From: Octopus vulgaris
Lineage: Eukaryota
Direction of reading: 5' to 3'
Assembly: GCA_951406725.2 (NCBI GenBank)
Contig: OX597821.1
Location: forward strand, 60,016,001-60,080,000
Length of the DNA: 64,000 nt
Each line of letters opens with the position of its first letter. Within the stretch, counting starts at the first letter, position 1. The position numbers and the translations under genes are program-made. Below, in pieces: positions 37,741 through 49,510 of this stretch. A model generated the notes under the pieces. That model had not been told where the DNA came from and ran no database searches. It saw nothing but the letters and a program-made list of their open reading frames with translations.

Positions 37741-37946
37741 CAATGTTTGATAAATGTGTGTGTGTGTGTGTGTACTGTGTGTAGACAAGTACCAATGTCC
37801 CATGTGGCAGGTTTGATAATGCTGAGGATTCTCAGCATGAAACCAATGGTAGCCTTGTTAAGCCACAAATAAAGAATATTTATCCACCAATGTAGTACTG
37901 AGCAATCATTCTCACTGTTTGATATTAGCGGATATGTATGTGTGTC

Positions 37947-38095
37947 GGCGCGGGCATGGCTGTGTGGTTAGGGAGCTTGCTTCCTAGCTACATGGTTTCG
38001 GGTTCAGTCCCACTGCGTGGCACTTTGGGCAGGTGTCTTCCGCTATAGCCCCGAGTCGACTGAAGCTTTGTGATTGAATTCGGTAGGTGGAAGTT
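37947..38095 (+). mobile_element. SINE family A head with excess A-to-G substitutions
   Basis: Aligns to the family A head; about nine consensus A positions read G. Confidence 0.8.
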
Positions 38096-38289
38096 ACTGC
38101 CATGTGTGTATGTGTGCGTATAGCTGATTAGTGCCTCTCCGAAAGAGCGAGAGGGGGATATATATAAATGATTATATTGTCACCTTGGACAAGTGTCTAC
38201 TACTACAGCCCCAGGCTGGTCAATACCTTGTGAGTGGATTTAGTAGATATATATATATAGATATATGTAAGCATATAACCCAACAATGG

Positions 38290-38950
38290 AGTGATTATGC
38301 AGTACCTTGAATTGATTAAAATCTTCTAATTTTATCAATTCCCAATATTCCAAAATGCATATATGCTTTTGAATTTAAAGGATTTGCTATTCTGACCATC
38401 AGGTAGATAGATCCATTCCAGCAGTTTTTATAATACCCACCAAATTCCCTCTCCATCACAGCATATCTCCTGATACTGAATGTCGTCCCAATGTTGTTAT
38501 TAAATATTCTTATGGTTTCTGCTAAAGAATTTGATTGATTCTCGTCTTTACCATAAGGCTTTAAACTGTCTATGAAAAGCAGATGTTTCACTTTTTGTAT
38601 ATTCTTTCCCAGTGAATATCCTTCTTTAGCTCTGTTTAGAATAATCGACAAAGAGATTAGTGCTATTACCAACGAGGTAGCAGAGACTGTCTCCTTGAAA
38701 GATTCCTCTTCAAATCTGTTCATCTGTTAATCTTTCTCTTTCTGTTGATTACTCTCCAATGTTGCTTTGGTTTTTTCCAACAGACATTAACTTTTTACAA
38801 TGCTCGATCCATGAGTGGAGAACTAGGTCAGATGCTGTGCTCTAATCGATCCATGGATTTGTCATTCTCATCTAATACCTCAAGAACATCTGATTAATCA
38901 TTAATTGGGCTTTTATTTGCTTGCTCCGGTTTTTTTTGACAGCCTCTTTG
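38290..38950 (-). pseudogene. R4/Dong-clade reverse transcriptase fragment
   Basis: QRGC..WID*STASDLVLHSWI..RRGIFQGDSL..LVIALISLSIILNRAKEGYSLGK..HLLFIDSLKPYGK..MHFGILG: RT motifs in order, decayed. Confidence 0.8.
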
Positions 38951-39709
38951 CATTATATGCATGGTGTATGCGTGTGCATGTGTGTGTGTATATTAGTCAT
39001 GAGGGTATGTATATGTACATGTATGCATATGTATATGCATGTGTGTAGATATATGTACAGGTGTATACAAGATTGAAATGTTAAGAACTATAAATGGACC
39101 TTTGGCTGTAAGATTGTTCAATCACTTTTTCTTGAAGTTCACACACCAACAAAAATGACCTATCATTCCTTCATAATGGCAATAACATAATGGTAATCAT
39201 ACAACACACTGATTAATTCATATTTCCCTGTTAAACTTGGTTTTGAGACTAACAAAAAGCAAAACAATAGTTTAGAAGAAAATATTGAAGTATCTGAAGA
39301 CTCAGGCTTTCTGGAATCTTTGCAATTAACTGGACACTGTGGTGCATATATAATCAAAGCTGGATGGCTTGAATTTTATAAGAAATATGGTGGTGAGCTA
39401 TAAATCTATATTTCATGTGAAATTTGAAAATTAGTTGAGTGTAGGCGTTATCCCCAGTCTGTACATGTGTATAATTGTGTTTTTGTGTACTTGTAATCAA
39501 TGAAATTAAAAACCAGCAAACTTCTTTTCAATTTAATTTACTGTATTAGATGCACACCAATTTCAGCAGTGCATATCCAAGAAAAAGTGAATGTAAGAGA
39601 CAAAAGTAGCTTATGGGAAACCTGACTTCACATAGAGGACTTAAGATAATTTTTTTGACACATCTTTATAGAAAAAAAAAGAGCAACAAATATGTGTAAC
39701 AACTTACAC

Positions 39710-39744
<35 letters not shown>

Positions 39745-39747
<3 letters not shown>

Positions 39748-39948
39748 GTATATCATGCGTTGCCATGATTGACCATTAAATCCACAAGTTTTCTTTTTAT
39801 TCTCTCTGTTTATTTCTTCATGTTCTTTTCTGTTGAAAAGTAGGCTTGAAATATAACAGACTTTCTCACCTTCCCAAGCGTCAAACTAATACACCTGCTT
39901 GTTGTTTATACACCTGTCTTTGTCTTGTTTTTCTGTAAATTTCAACAA
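39745..39948 (+). mobile_element. Decayed hammerhead-containing element after a (TA)n tract
   Basis: cttttCTGTTGAaaagtaggcttGAAatataacagactttc..gcgtcaaactaatacacctgcttgttg.., homologous to 9334-9568. Confidence 0.6.
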
Positions 39949-40804
39949 TATGTGTGTGTGTGTGTGTTATTTCATTATTCTATATAATTGTATTTAAGTA
40001 GTAGAAGAAATATTATTATAATTGATAGAATAAAGATGTAATAATTAATGTTTAGCTAACATAGATTATTATTGAATGGTAATCAATGTTAAATTAACTT
40101 AGATATACTTTAGTGAAATAATGATTTTTTTTCATGCTCACTATGTCCAGAATGTTTAAATAACTATCACAGAAGAAAAAAGTGTCATTATATTTAATTC
40201 AATAAGACTATAACAATGGTCAAATTTTACCCAACATCCAATCAAATCACTCCAAAAATAATGACTAGGATAAAAAAAAAAAATCAATAAATATAATGTG
40301 CTTATAAATCTGTTCAAAACTGAAGGACATTGCTTTCTCTTCCTTCTGAGAGAAGACAATATCTAGTATTCCCTCTTGTTTCTTATCTCTTTGTGCTGTC
40401 CAATTTGATGGATAGGCTAGCTGAAAGGTTTCTCCTTTTTTTTTTCCTTTTTTCCACATGGCAAAGTATTTTCCTCCCTACTGATTCCAGTGAAAGAGTG
40501 AATTCCTCTCATTCTCTTCTACTATTTCTCTCAAGATAATCAGCTTATCTCTTATTTATTTAACCATTTCATAATAAAGTTTAAAAGACCAAAATCCAAG
40601 AGTATTGTGCTTAAATCTGCATGATTTACAAAATGTTATATAAAACAGGAAAAAAATAATCATAATTATAAATTGGGGTTTTGGAGAATGTGACCTTCAT
40701 ACTTTTGCATTCAATAAGCATAAATGTGTATGTGTATGTATATATATATATATATTGGTAAAAATGGTAAGATAACAAAAGAAAGAAAGAGACCTCAATA
40801 TTAT

Positions 40805-41598
40805 GTAGCCAAGATAAAACTCTGAGTTTCGGATGCCGAGGTGGAAATCCACACCACTATCTTTTCAGTTATCCAGCCATCGGAAAAACGCTATGAAAAA
40901 TGACCGTTATACAATGGGAAATTATTGTGTTATTGACCGCTATTTAGACAAAAGAGCTATTTGAATGACCGCTAATTAAGGTAAGGGGGTAAAAAGTTCA
41001 TAGTATACGCGTAAGTGCGCCTGTTCATACATACACATGTGCACCTGCACACCCACGTGCGTACGCATACATTCATCCACCCTCACTAGAAAAACGTACA
41101 CATCTTCACTTGCATCTTTCGCCAAATGTATATGCATATACATACAAACCCCCCCACACACATGCACACTGTAAAAGTTCATACATACGTCTACATATGC
41201 ACAAGCACAAGAAAAAACAGGGTTAAGGGTAATACAGAAAAAAGGCATAAGGAAGTATACAAAGAGTAAACCACATTCATATACGGACATACCCTTATGC
41301 ACGCACACGCACGCATGCCCATATATGCACATACCCGCACACGTCTATATATGCATACACACACACACATGCACAAGAAGGATTAAACATACGTGTATAC
41401 TATGAAATTTTTACCCCCTTATATTAATTAGCAGTCATTCGAATAGCTCTTTTGTCTTAATAACGGTCAATAACACAGTAATTTCCCTTTGTATAACGGT
41501 CATTTTTCATAGTGTTTTTCCGATGGTTGGATAACTGAAGAGATGGTGATGTGGATTTCCATCTCGGCATCCGAAACTCAGAGTTTTATCTTGGCTAC
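40805..41598. mobile_element. Inverted-repeat element, ~209-bp arms, one hammerhead motif per arm (Penelope-like inverted terminal repeats)
   Basis: 40805-41013 is the reverse complement of 41390-41598; motifs at 40812-40874 (-) and 41529-41591 (+); TA runs lie just outside both ends. Confidence 0.85.
41529..41591 (+). ncRNA. Type I hammerhead ribozyme motif
   Basis: GGATAA-CTGAAGA-GATG(gtgatgtggatttccatctcgg)CATC-C-GAA-ACTCAGAGT-T-TTATCT; quasi-palindromic stem III ACTC-A-GAGT. Confidence 0.7.
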
Positions 41599-41749
41599 CG
41601 AATAATTGTCACATATTACATTTACAGATATATATATTGTCAGTTTAAGGTATAAGAGAATAGATGGTCTTTTAATATTTTGGAAATAAATTCAGCATCA
41701 GGTGAAATTAATATTTTATATATCAACTACATGAACAGTAGTCATCAAC

Positions 41750-41950
41750 ATCATCTGGTCCAGCTTGTTCAGACGTTTTTAACATGCATACACCAACATC
41801 TTGGTCGTGCATTAGATGAGGGAAGCCTTCGGGGAGGCATCCAGTCTCTGGTGAATTGCCCTATATACATTGTATTCAGATGACCTGTTCAAGTACAGCC
41901 ATGTTTTGGCATCCATAGCAGTAGGTCACTTGCCAGCAGTAAATGCTCAG
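41750..41950 (-). pseudogene. RTE-X-like LINE 3' end
   Basis: rc translates LLASDLLLWMPKHG..GH..MYIGQFTRD..LMHDQDV, followed by a tga/tgt tail. Confidence 0.6.
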
Positions 41951-41993
41951 AACATAAAAAAAAAGTTTTTCCCCCAGGAAACACTCTAGTAAA

Positions 41994-42187
41994 TACTGTA
42001 TTTTATGGCATATAACATGCACATTTTCTCTAAAAAAAAAAAAAAATCTCAAAAAATCATTCTGGGCCCTGTATATGAAGTTGGGTATATTACATGGTTA
42101 AATGTACTAAAAATCTTTTTCGTGAATATACACTGCTGAACTTAGGATACAGCTAACATGCCCTTCTATGCCATGAAACCACAGTAG
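41994..42187. mobile_element. pogo/Tc1-like MITE
   Basis: Imperfect TIRs tactgtattttatggcata ... tatgccatgaaaccacagta with TA ends. Confidence 0.55.
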
Positions 42188-43744
42188 GATGAAATACTGT
42201 TAAATAGAAATGAGACTAAGTGTAAGCCAAAGCAAATAGATATTTATTGAACATGACCCTTTTGAAGCCTACAATAGTTACCTCTACCAAGATTTGAACA
42301 TACAGCTATGAGATACTGGAATCTGGCTATAGTAGCCAGGTAATATTAGATGAATCATGATAAGCATCAGAAAACATGATTTGGAAGCTAGTAAAATCTA
42401 TAGAAAAATATATCAAGAAGGAATTTTTTTTACCTCACTTAGATTAAATCTAAAATATTTTGGAATCACCTTAAGTAAGTTGTAATTGATAAATATGAAT
42501 AAGAAGTAGTATTCGGTGAGTGGAGATGCCTTTTTAAACTTAATATAAATTTCATATCTATATTTTCCCTTCAGTAAACATTGAAGTTAGTTTTCATTTA
42601 ATTAGCTTGTAAAAGGATATTTCAGCCAAATACACTAAATTTGATTTAATACTGGAAGAAATATTAGCAGCTTCCTGTTTATAGAATATGAAAGAAGGTA
42701 TCCAGTGAGAGGTTTTGAATAGTATAGAACTGCAGAGGCTTAGATAGAAATCATTCATAAGAAGAATTGATGACAAGAAAGAAAAAAAGATATCCATTTT
42801 CTCTATGATTATCTAACATCAGATAAAATATACAGTGTTCGTTGAATTTAGGTAAAGCGAGGCTTATTAGCATGTAAAATAGTCAAGTGTGATATCACTG
42901 CTATCATCTGCAGACTCGTTCAATATTAAGACCAAGTTAGATGGAGATAACAAACAGTAAGTCAAATGTGTGTAACAGAAAATCTATAAACCTGACAACT
43001 ATACAATGCCCATAGTGGACATTGTATAACTGTCATGTATTTTTGGAAGCAATTGAAATATTTGTCAAGTTAGACAGACAGCACCCTAAAGCATTCAAAT
43101 GTATGTTGTTCTCCACAATACCTATATTTACAGCTAGGCAGTCTGTGCTACAAGCAGTAGAGTATTTTTACTGTACTGTAACATTAGATAGAAATACATA
43201 AAACCAATGAGGAAAACTCTAGGTGGTCCTCTGACCTACTAAATCTCTTCTAAATGACACATTAAATAATGTAGACTAACATATCACGAAAAAGGCAGGG
43301 TAGCTATGGCTGGGGTATCTTCGATTGTAAGTCTGCTTCACCTGAGGTTAACCAATTCCAACAACTAGAAACAGAACATTAAGTGTTAATTGTGTAACAG
43401 TTAATTGTTACTCTTTTGGCAGCATCATCAAGATATGATGCAACAATTCCTATACTAGAATATATGTAGTTTGAATGGTGAGGTTATTGCCTTCATTTTC
43501 TATTAAGCATCAGCATAATTCTTAACATAAACTACATGGAGGAACCAACTACAGCATTAAAAAAGATGTATTCCCATAACTTTACTAATATTTACTGCAT
43601 CATCACCATCATCATCACCATCACCCAGATTGCTGTATCTCAACCAGGGCCCTTGGGTGTCCATATAGAATTGTTGTAGTTAAAATCAATGTGCAATAAA
43701 TTGGTTATGCTTCTGCAATATCCAAAATACATTTTCCTTTTTAT

Positions 43745-43881
43745 TTTTTACTTGTTTCAGTCATATGACTGTGGCCATGCTGGAGCATCACCTTTAGTCA
43801 AACAAATCAACCCTAAGACTTATTCTTTGTAAGTCTAGTACTTTATCGCTCTCAAGCGATGGGGAGGGGTGTCAAACACAG

Positions 43882-43925
<44 letters not shown>

Positions 43926-44080
43926 GGCAGGCTTCTTTCGGTTTCCGTCTACCAAATCCACTCACAAGGTTTTGATTGGCCCAAGACCATAGCAGAAGAC
44001 ACTTGTTCAAGATGCCACGCAGTGGGACTTAACCCAGAACCATGTGATTGATAAGCAAGCTACTTACCACACAGCCACTC
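43745..44080 (-). mobile_element. SINE family A
   Basis: All modules, internal deletion in the 3' module. Confidence 0.85.
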
Positions 44081-44112
44081 AACAATTATTTTTAGACAAT
44101 TCCTAATAATAT

Positions 44113-44341
44113 TTAACTCATTTGTTACCAACTCGACTGAAACTGGCTCTGGCTCTGTAGTACAAATGTTTTGTTTTCATAAGTTTTGAATTAAAATCTT
44201 CCACCAAACCTTAGTCACAATTTATGTTCTTAATACTAGCTGAATGATAACCAAGTTATTTTACTAAATTCTTTCTTATATTTAAAGTAACTGAAAGAAA
44301 CACAGAGTATCTCAGAATAAATACAGTAACGAAAGGGTTAA
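44113..44341. mobile_element. piggyBac-like MITE
   Basis: TTAA-ctcatttgttac ... gtaacgaaaggg-TTAA. Confidence 0.7.
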
Positions 44342-45047
44342 TTACGAAAATATAATAGGATTTTTTAAAAGCATTGAATAAGAATTAAAGGGGATCCACA
44401 GGTGAAAAGTGTTTGAGAACCTTAGCACATCATTTTCATCATCATCATCATGTAATGAATATTTTCCATGCCAGCAGAGATTGAACAGATTGACAGGACC
44501 CAGTGAGCTGTAAGGACTGCATTGAGCCCCAATATCAGCTTTGGCATGGTTTCCACAGCTGGATGATCTTCCTAATGCCAACCACTTTAGAGTGGGCCCC
44601 TGTATGTTCTAAATATTATAGGTATCAAGGTATTTATAAAAGAAATAATAATTACATAGGTTAAACTAAAACAACACTAATTCCTGATGGAGAAATTTAA
44701 AGAACAAGGAAAATTTTGGAAAGTAAAAGAGTGTATACACCTAAATATGGTTGCAATAATAATCATTGTCAAGAAATTCTTCAATGCATCTCTTTGTTTT
44801 TCTTTTCTTTCTTATAATGAGGACAAAATTAGAGATCAGTTATTTTTTGTATGTGTATACGTGTGTGTGCATATGTGTATGTGTGTATGAGTGTGCATAT
44901 AAATGTATGTGTATATATATATATGTATAAATAAATGTATGTGTGTGTATATATGTGTGAGTTTATATATATATATACATGCATGCATATATTATTTATA
45001 TGAAAGATGAGGGATAAAATAAATCATATATATATATATATATACAT

Positions 45048-45092
<45 letters not shown>

Positions 45093-47209
45093 CACACACA
45101 CACACAAACATATATATATACACACACACACACAAACATATATATATACACACACACACACAAACATATATATTATTATATATTTAATTGAGAGAGAAGG
45201 AATAAAGTAAACAATACATGACCTCTTGCTTTGTCAATGTCTTCACCAACTGTCAAACTGTCCAAGTCATCAATTGATTCATTAAAAATTATGAGAAAAA
45301 CCAGAAGAGCCTTCTCAGCTAAATGCCAAATAAAACATGTCACTCTTTACCTAAAAGAGATTTATTAAGAAAAGATCAAATAGGTAACCTATTTCTTCTA
45401 GAAAGCAAAACTCTTCAGAGACAGATGGTATCTTTATATCACAGTTCAAAATATATCCCTTTCAGTATTTATGTATATACCAATGCAACCTTATACAAGC
45501 ACACACACATTCATTGATGATATTAAATTGACTGAGACTTCAAAGTTTTGGTCATCAACAGCTTATTCAATCAGGTTGGATCAGTCACTGGAGGCAAAAC
45601 TTGAATTCTCAGTCACATCTATGTTTTACTCATTTTGGCTACTGGGCTGAGGCCATGCTGGAGCATTTCCTTGAAGGGTTTAGTTGAACAAACTGACCCC
45701 AGTACTTACAAACACTGGTTGTCGAATGGCAACAGGGGACAAACACACACATTTATGAGGAGCTTCCACACAGTTTCCATCTACTAGATTCACTCAGGAG
45801 GTACACGTAGGTCTGGGGCTACAGTAAAAGACACTTTCCCATGGTGCTGTGCAGTGAGATCGAACCCAAAACCACAAGGTTCCAAAGTGAGTTTTTTTTT
45901 TAATTACACAGTAATGTTTGTGCCTACAAATCTGTATTATCAATAAATTTTATTCTACTAAATGTCGATAGAATCCCCATGAATAAATGCTTTGTTTTCA
46001 GTAATTACACATGCACACATAAAAATATGGGCTGTAGACAAAGCAGTATGGTAAAACTTGACTGATTTGATCTTACTGCATGGCAACTTGGGCCAGTGTC
46101 TTCTGCCATAGTCTCATGGATGTGATCTGATTTTGGGTGATTCACTTGCTATTTCTAGCAGATCAAATGACAACAGAGAAACTCCATTAGTGGCCAGTTA
46201 ACTGCAATATGTGAGCTGACTTGTTTGATGGCAGATTTGGAATTTACAGTACAAAGAAGTCGCAAAGTAAAAGACTTTTGATTCAAATAACTAAATTCTG
46301 TGTACAATCTTCTAAAGTTAAGATGAAGTGAAACATAAGAAAAGTAGTTTTAATAGCAGTTTTAAGTTTTCACATCAGCATAGCTAATGAATTTTGTTGA
46401 TAAATTTAAAGCTTGTTGTTTTACTGCAACAAATGAAAAAGACATAGAAATAAAGGATATAAATCTAAACAATATCGCCTTTGAAAGTTTCATAATATAA
46501 TTCTGAATAGATTGGTCGCTGTTTTAATCCCAGTAAAAGCAGGAAAGGAAAAAAAAGTGAAAGAAAAACAGTTGCTGCTCATTTGCTCATTGCCATTAGG
46601 AATTTTGATTAACCTACTTCTGTCTCTAGAAAACTGAAGCAGGAAAATTACTTCCTCTTTGCTGAACAGTATGAACACAGAGGTTTCCTTAAAAACTTAA
46701 TATACTGTTTACAGAAATAAGCAAATGACACACAAGCATGTGTTTTGCTTTTCGACTATCTCATTCAGTTGATGTATTTACTGGAAATACATCTGACAAA
46801 ATTCAAGTATTTCACCACAAAGAGTATTTATTTCTGTTGAAGAATTTTTACTACTAGGCTGTTCAATTTCATTCGGGTCCTTATCAAACATTTTGCCTGT
46901 TAGCTAGCTTTGCTGTTGTTCAATTGTATAAGACTGGCTAAACAGTGAAATATTTGATATGGGAGACTGTTGTTAAGTTACACACACACAAATTCCTTAG
47001 ATTTTGCATTGCCTATTGGAATTGATGGTGAATTTTTTTTTTCAGTTAGTTTCATTTATTATTGGTACAAAAAAAGGAAAAAAAAAGGAAAAGGAAATTA
47101 TATGTTCATAGTCATTTTTTAGTAAAACATTAAGACTTCACTAAGATGGATTTGATATTCATGAAAATAAAATATGTTTTTAAGAATAATTATGATCAAT
47201 AAATAAAAT

Positions 47210-47250
47210 TAATAATAATAATAATAATAATAATAATGATAATAAAAATG

Positions 47251-47287
<37 letters not shown>

Positions 47288-47305
47288 TAATAAAAATAAT
47301 AATAA
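47210..47305. repeat. (ATA)n microsatellite
   Basis: Direct reading. Confidence 0.95.
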
Positions 47306-47469
47306 CAACAACCACCACCAGTAATATGGATGTGTTGTCTGCCAAACAGAGTTTAACAGAAAGCAGATACTGCATACTAACTCTCTTCCTTTCAGATGCA
47401 GAAGGCAAACATCAAACAACCCACTCACCACCGGAAACTACCCTCCCCCCCTTTTCCTATCAGATATAA

Positions 47470-48440
47470 AACTTCATGGCTGTTACCATCAATATTGGCA
47501 TGATGAAAGGTAAAACTGGAAAGATTTTAGAAATGCTGGGGTGGAGTTAAGTAAATATTTGCTACGAGATTGAGAGGAGCTTCAGCTAGATTCCCCATGA
47601 ATAAGGAAAGGAACATAAGTACAGATTTTGTCTGCTGCCAGTGGAGCAGACATGTTGTTGGCACAGAAATGGATAAAGTAAGTGAGGTAGTCAGCATTTG
47701 TGACAGAATAATCAAGCTTAGCCGAGTCATGGATAAAGTGACAGAAACCATTATCACAGCATTTATGTCTCCTCCCATCTCTTGCAGAGTAACTTGGTAA
47801 CAAATGCCAGTGACCTCATGATTGTAGGTAGTGACTTTGATGGATATGCTTGAGCAACACTGTGATGGCTACTCTGGCATGCATGAAGGCTATGGATATG
47901 ATATGAAAAAGGAGGAGGGATCAAGGTGCTTGTTGCAATCTAATCCTTCCTTTACAAAACCAATTTCAGGAAACTAACCAGCTGACTGATTCACCAACCA
48001 ACTGATTCACCAACCAACTAGGCAAAAATGCATACCAGACAGACTTCATTCTCACCTGGAAACAGGAGAGGTAACTGGCTGTAAATATTGGTTTCAAACT
48101 TTAGCACAAGGGCAGCAATTTTAGGGAAGGGATAAGTCAATTACATCAGTGCCAGTGTTCAACTGATACTTATTTTATTGATCCTCAAAGAATGAAAGGC
48201 AAAGTCGACCTCAGTGTAATTTGAACTCAGAATGTGAAGACAGATGAAATGCCACTAAATATTTTGCTCAGCATGCCAATGATACTGCCAGCTGGCTGTA
48301 AATATTAAGTCCTTCCCTAGTGAGAAATGTCCCGCCCACCCTAGACTAGAAAACAGCAACCTCAGGATTATAGCTGCACAGATTTTGAGACACAAGACAA
48401 TCTAGAGAAGAAAGCATGGAAATTTGTAAGATCCTTCAGC
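47470..48440 (+). pseudogene. RTE LINE apurinic-endonuclease domain fragment
   Basis: TINIGMMKGK..RGASARF..LLAQKWI..DKVSEVVSICDRIIKL..IVGSDFDGYA..HEGYGY..TDFILT: RTE APE motif order, with stops and frameshifts. Confidence 0.75.
48090..48291 (-). mobile_element. SINE family B with 15-bp TSD, inside the RTE fragment
   Basis: CTGGCTGTAAATATT at 48075-48089 and 48292-48306. Confidence 0.9.
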
Positions 48441-49295
48441 TGGAAACAGATTCATCACCAACAGAGCAATAGCACCCCGCTGAAGAGTATGATTTTAGCA
48501 AGGTTTGAACTTACAACCATATCTTATGAAGAACAAAAATATCAACTAGTTCAAAATCCGTTCAAGTAATGAGGTAAAAACACCTCAAAGAAATTGAATG
48601 AGAGTAAAAAACAAAAATCATTGAACCTCCTGCAGAAATGTTATTCCAATTGGATTCCCAGCATCCTCAGCTAAGAACACACCAACTAATCATTTCATGA
48701 CCATATCTATAATGAAATTCTCCATTATTAAGCTGGTTTTTGAAACATAAATGTTCTTTGATAAAATTACAATAAACTTAAACACTTCAAAATGACCAAA
48801 TTTGCATTTTAGAACTAGGACAGTCTCAGATAGGCTGATACCAAAAGGGTTATAACTGGTAATGTGTTGCTGATCTAATAATCATTTGTGATAAGACTAA
48901 ACAATGATCTAAATTAAAATTTATTTTTAAAAAATGATTATAGGAAAAGAAACAAGCCCCAAAATAGCTGTAACTATTATCTGACATTTGTATTTGGTTT
49001 GCAAGATCCTTGATGTGAACTTGTGTGTTGAAAGAGATTTCATTGTATCTCAGAAGGGTCATCACGCCAATAAATTCACACACACACAGGTTATATTTTA
49101 CTTCGTTTGTTATTTGTGAATTAGTAAACTAATTAACTAATGATTGTTTGATTAATTATTTGGTTAATCAATCAGTCAGGCTTGTCAAAGTTCTTTTTTC
49201 ACCATTCGCAACCTCATTAGAGAATGCCCTCTCTATTCCAAGTCTGCTTCAGGTATTATCTGGCTAAACACCTTTTAATATTGAATATATATTTG

Positions 49296-49510
49296 AGGCA
49301 GCGAGCTAGCAGAATCATTAACATGCCAGGCCAAATGCTTAGTGGCATATCATCTGTCTTTAAGCTCTGAGTTCAAATTTCACCACGGTCAACTTTGCCT
49401 TTTGTCCTCTCAGGGTTAATAAAACAAAACCAGTCGAGCAATGGGGTTGATTATAATCAACCTACCCCTTCTCTGAAATTGCTGGACTTGTGCCAAAATT
49501 CAATACCAAT
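49296..49510 (+). mobile_element. SINE family B, full length
   Basis: aggcagcgagctagcagaatcatta..gagttcaaattt..cttgtgccaaaattcaatacc. Confidence 0.85.

Noticed and set aside
38122-38158. CTGATTA...GAAA hammerhead-like motif
   Set aside because: G8 is missing and neither stem II nor stem I pairs convincingly.
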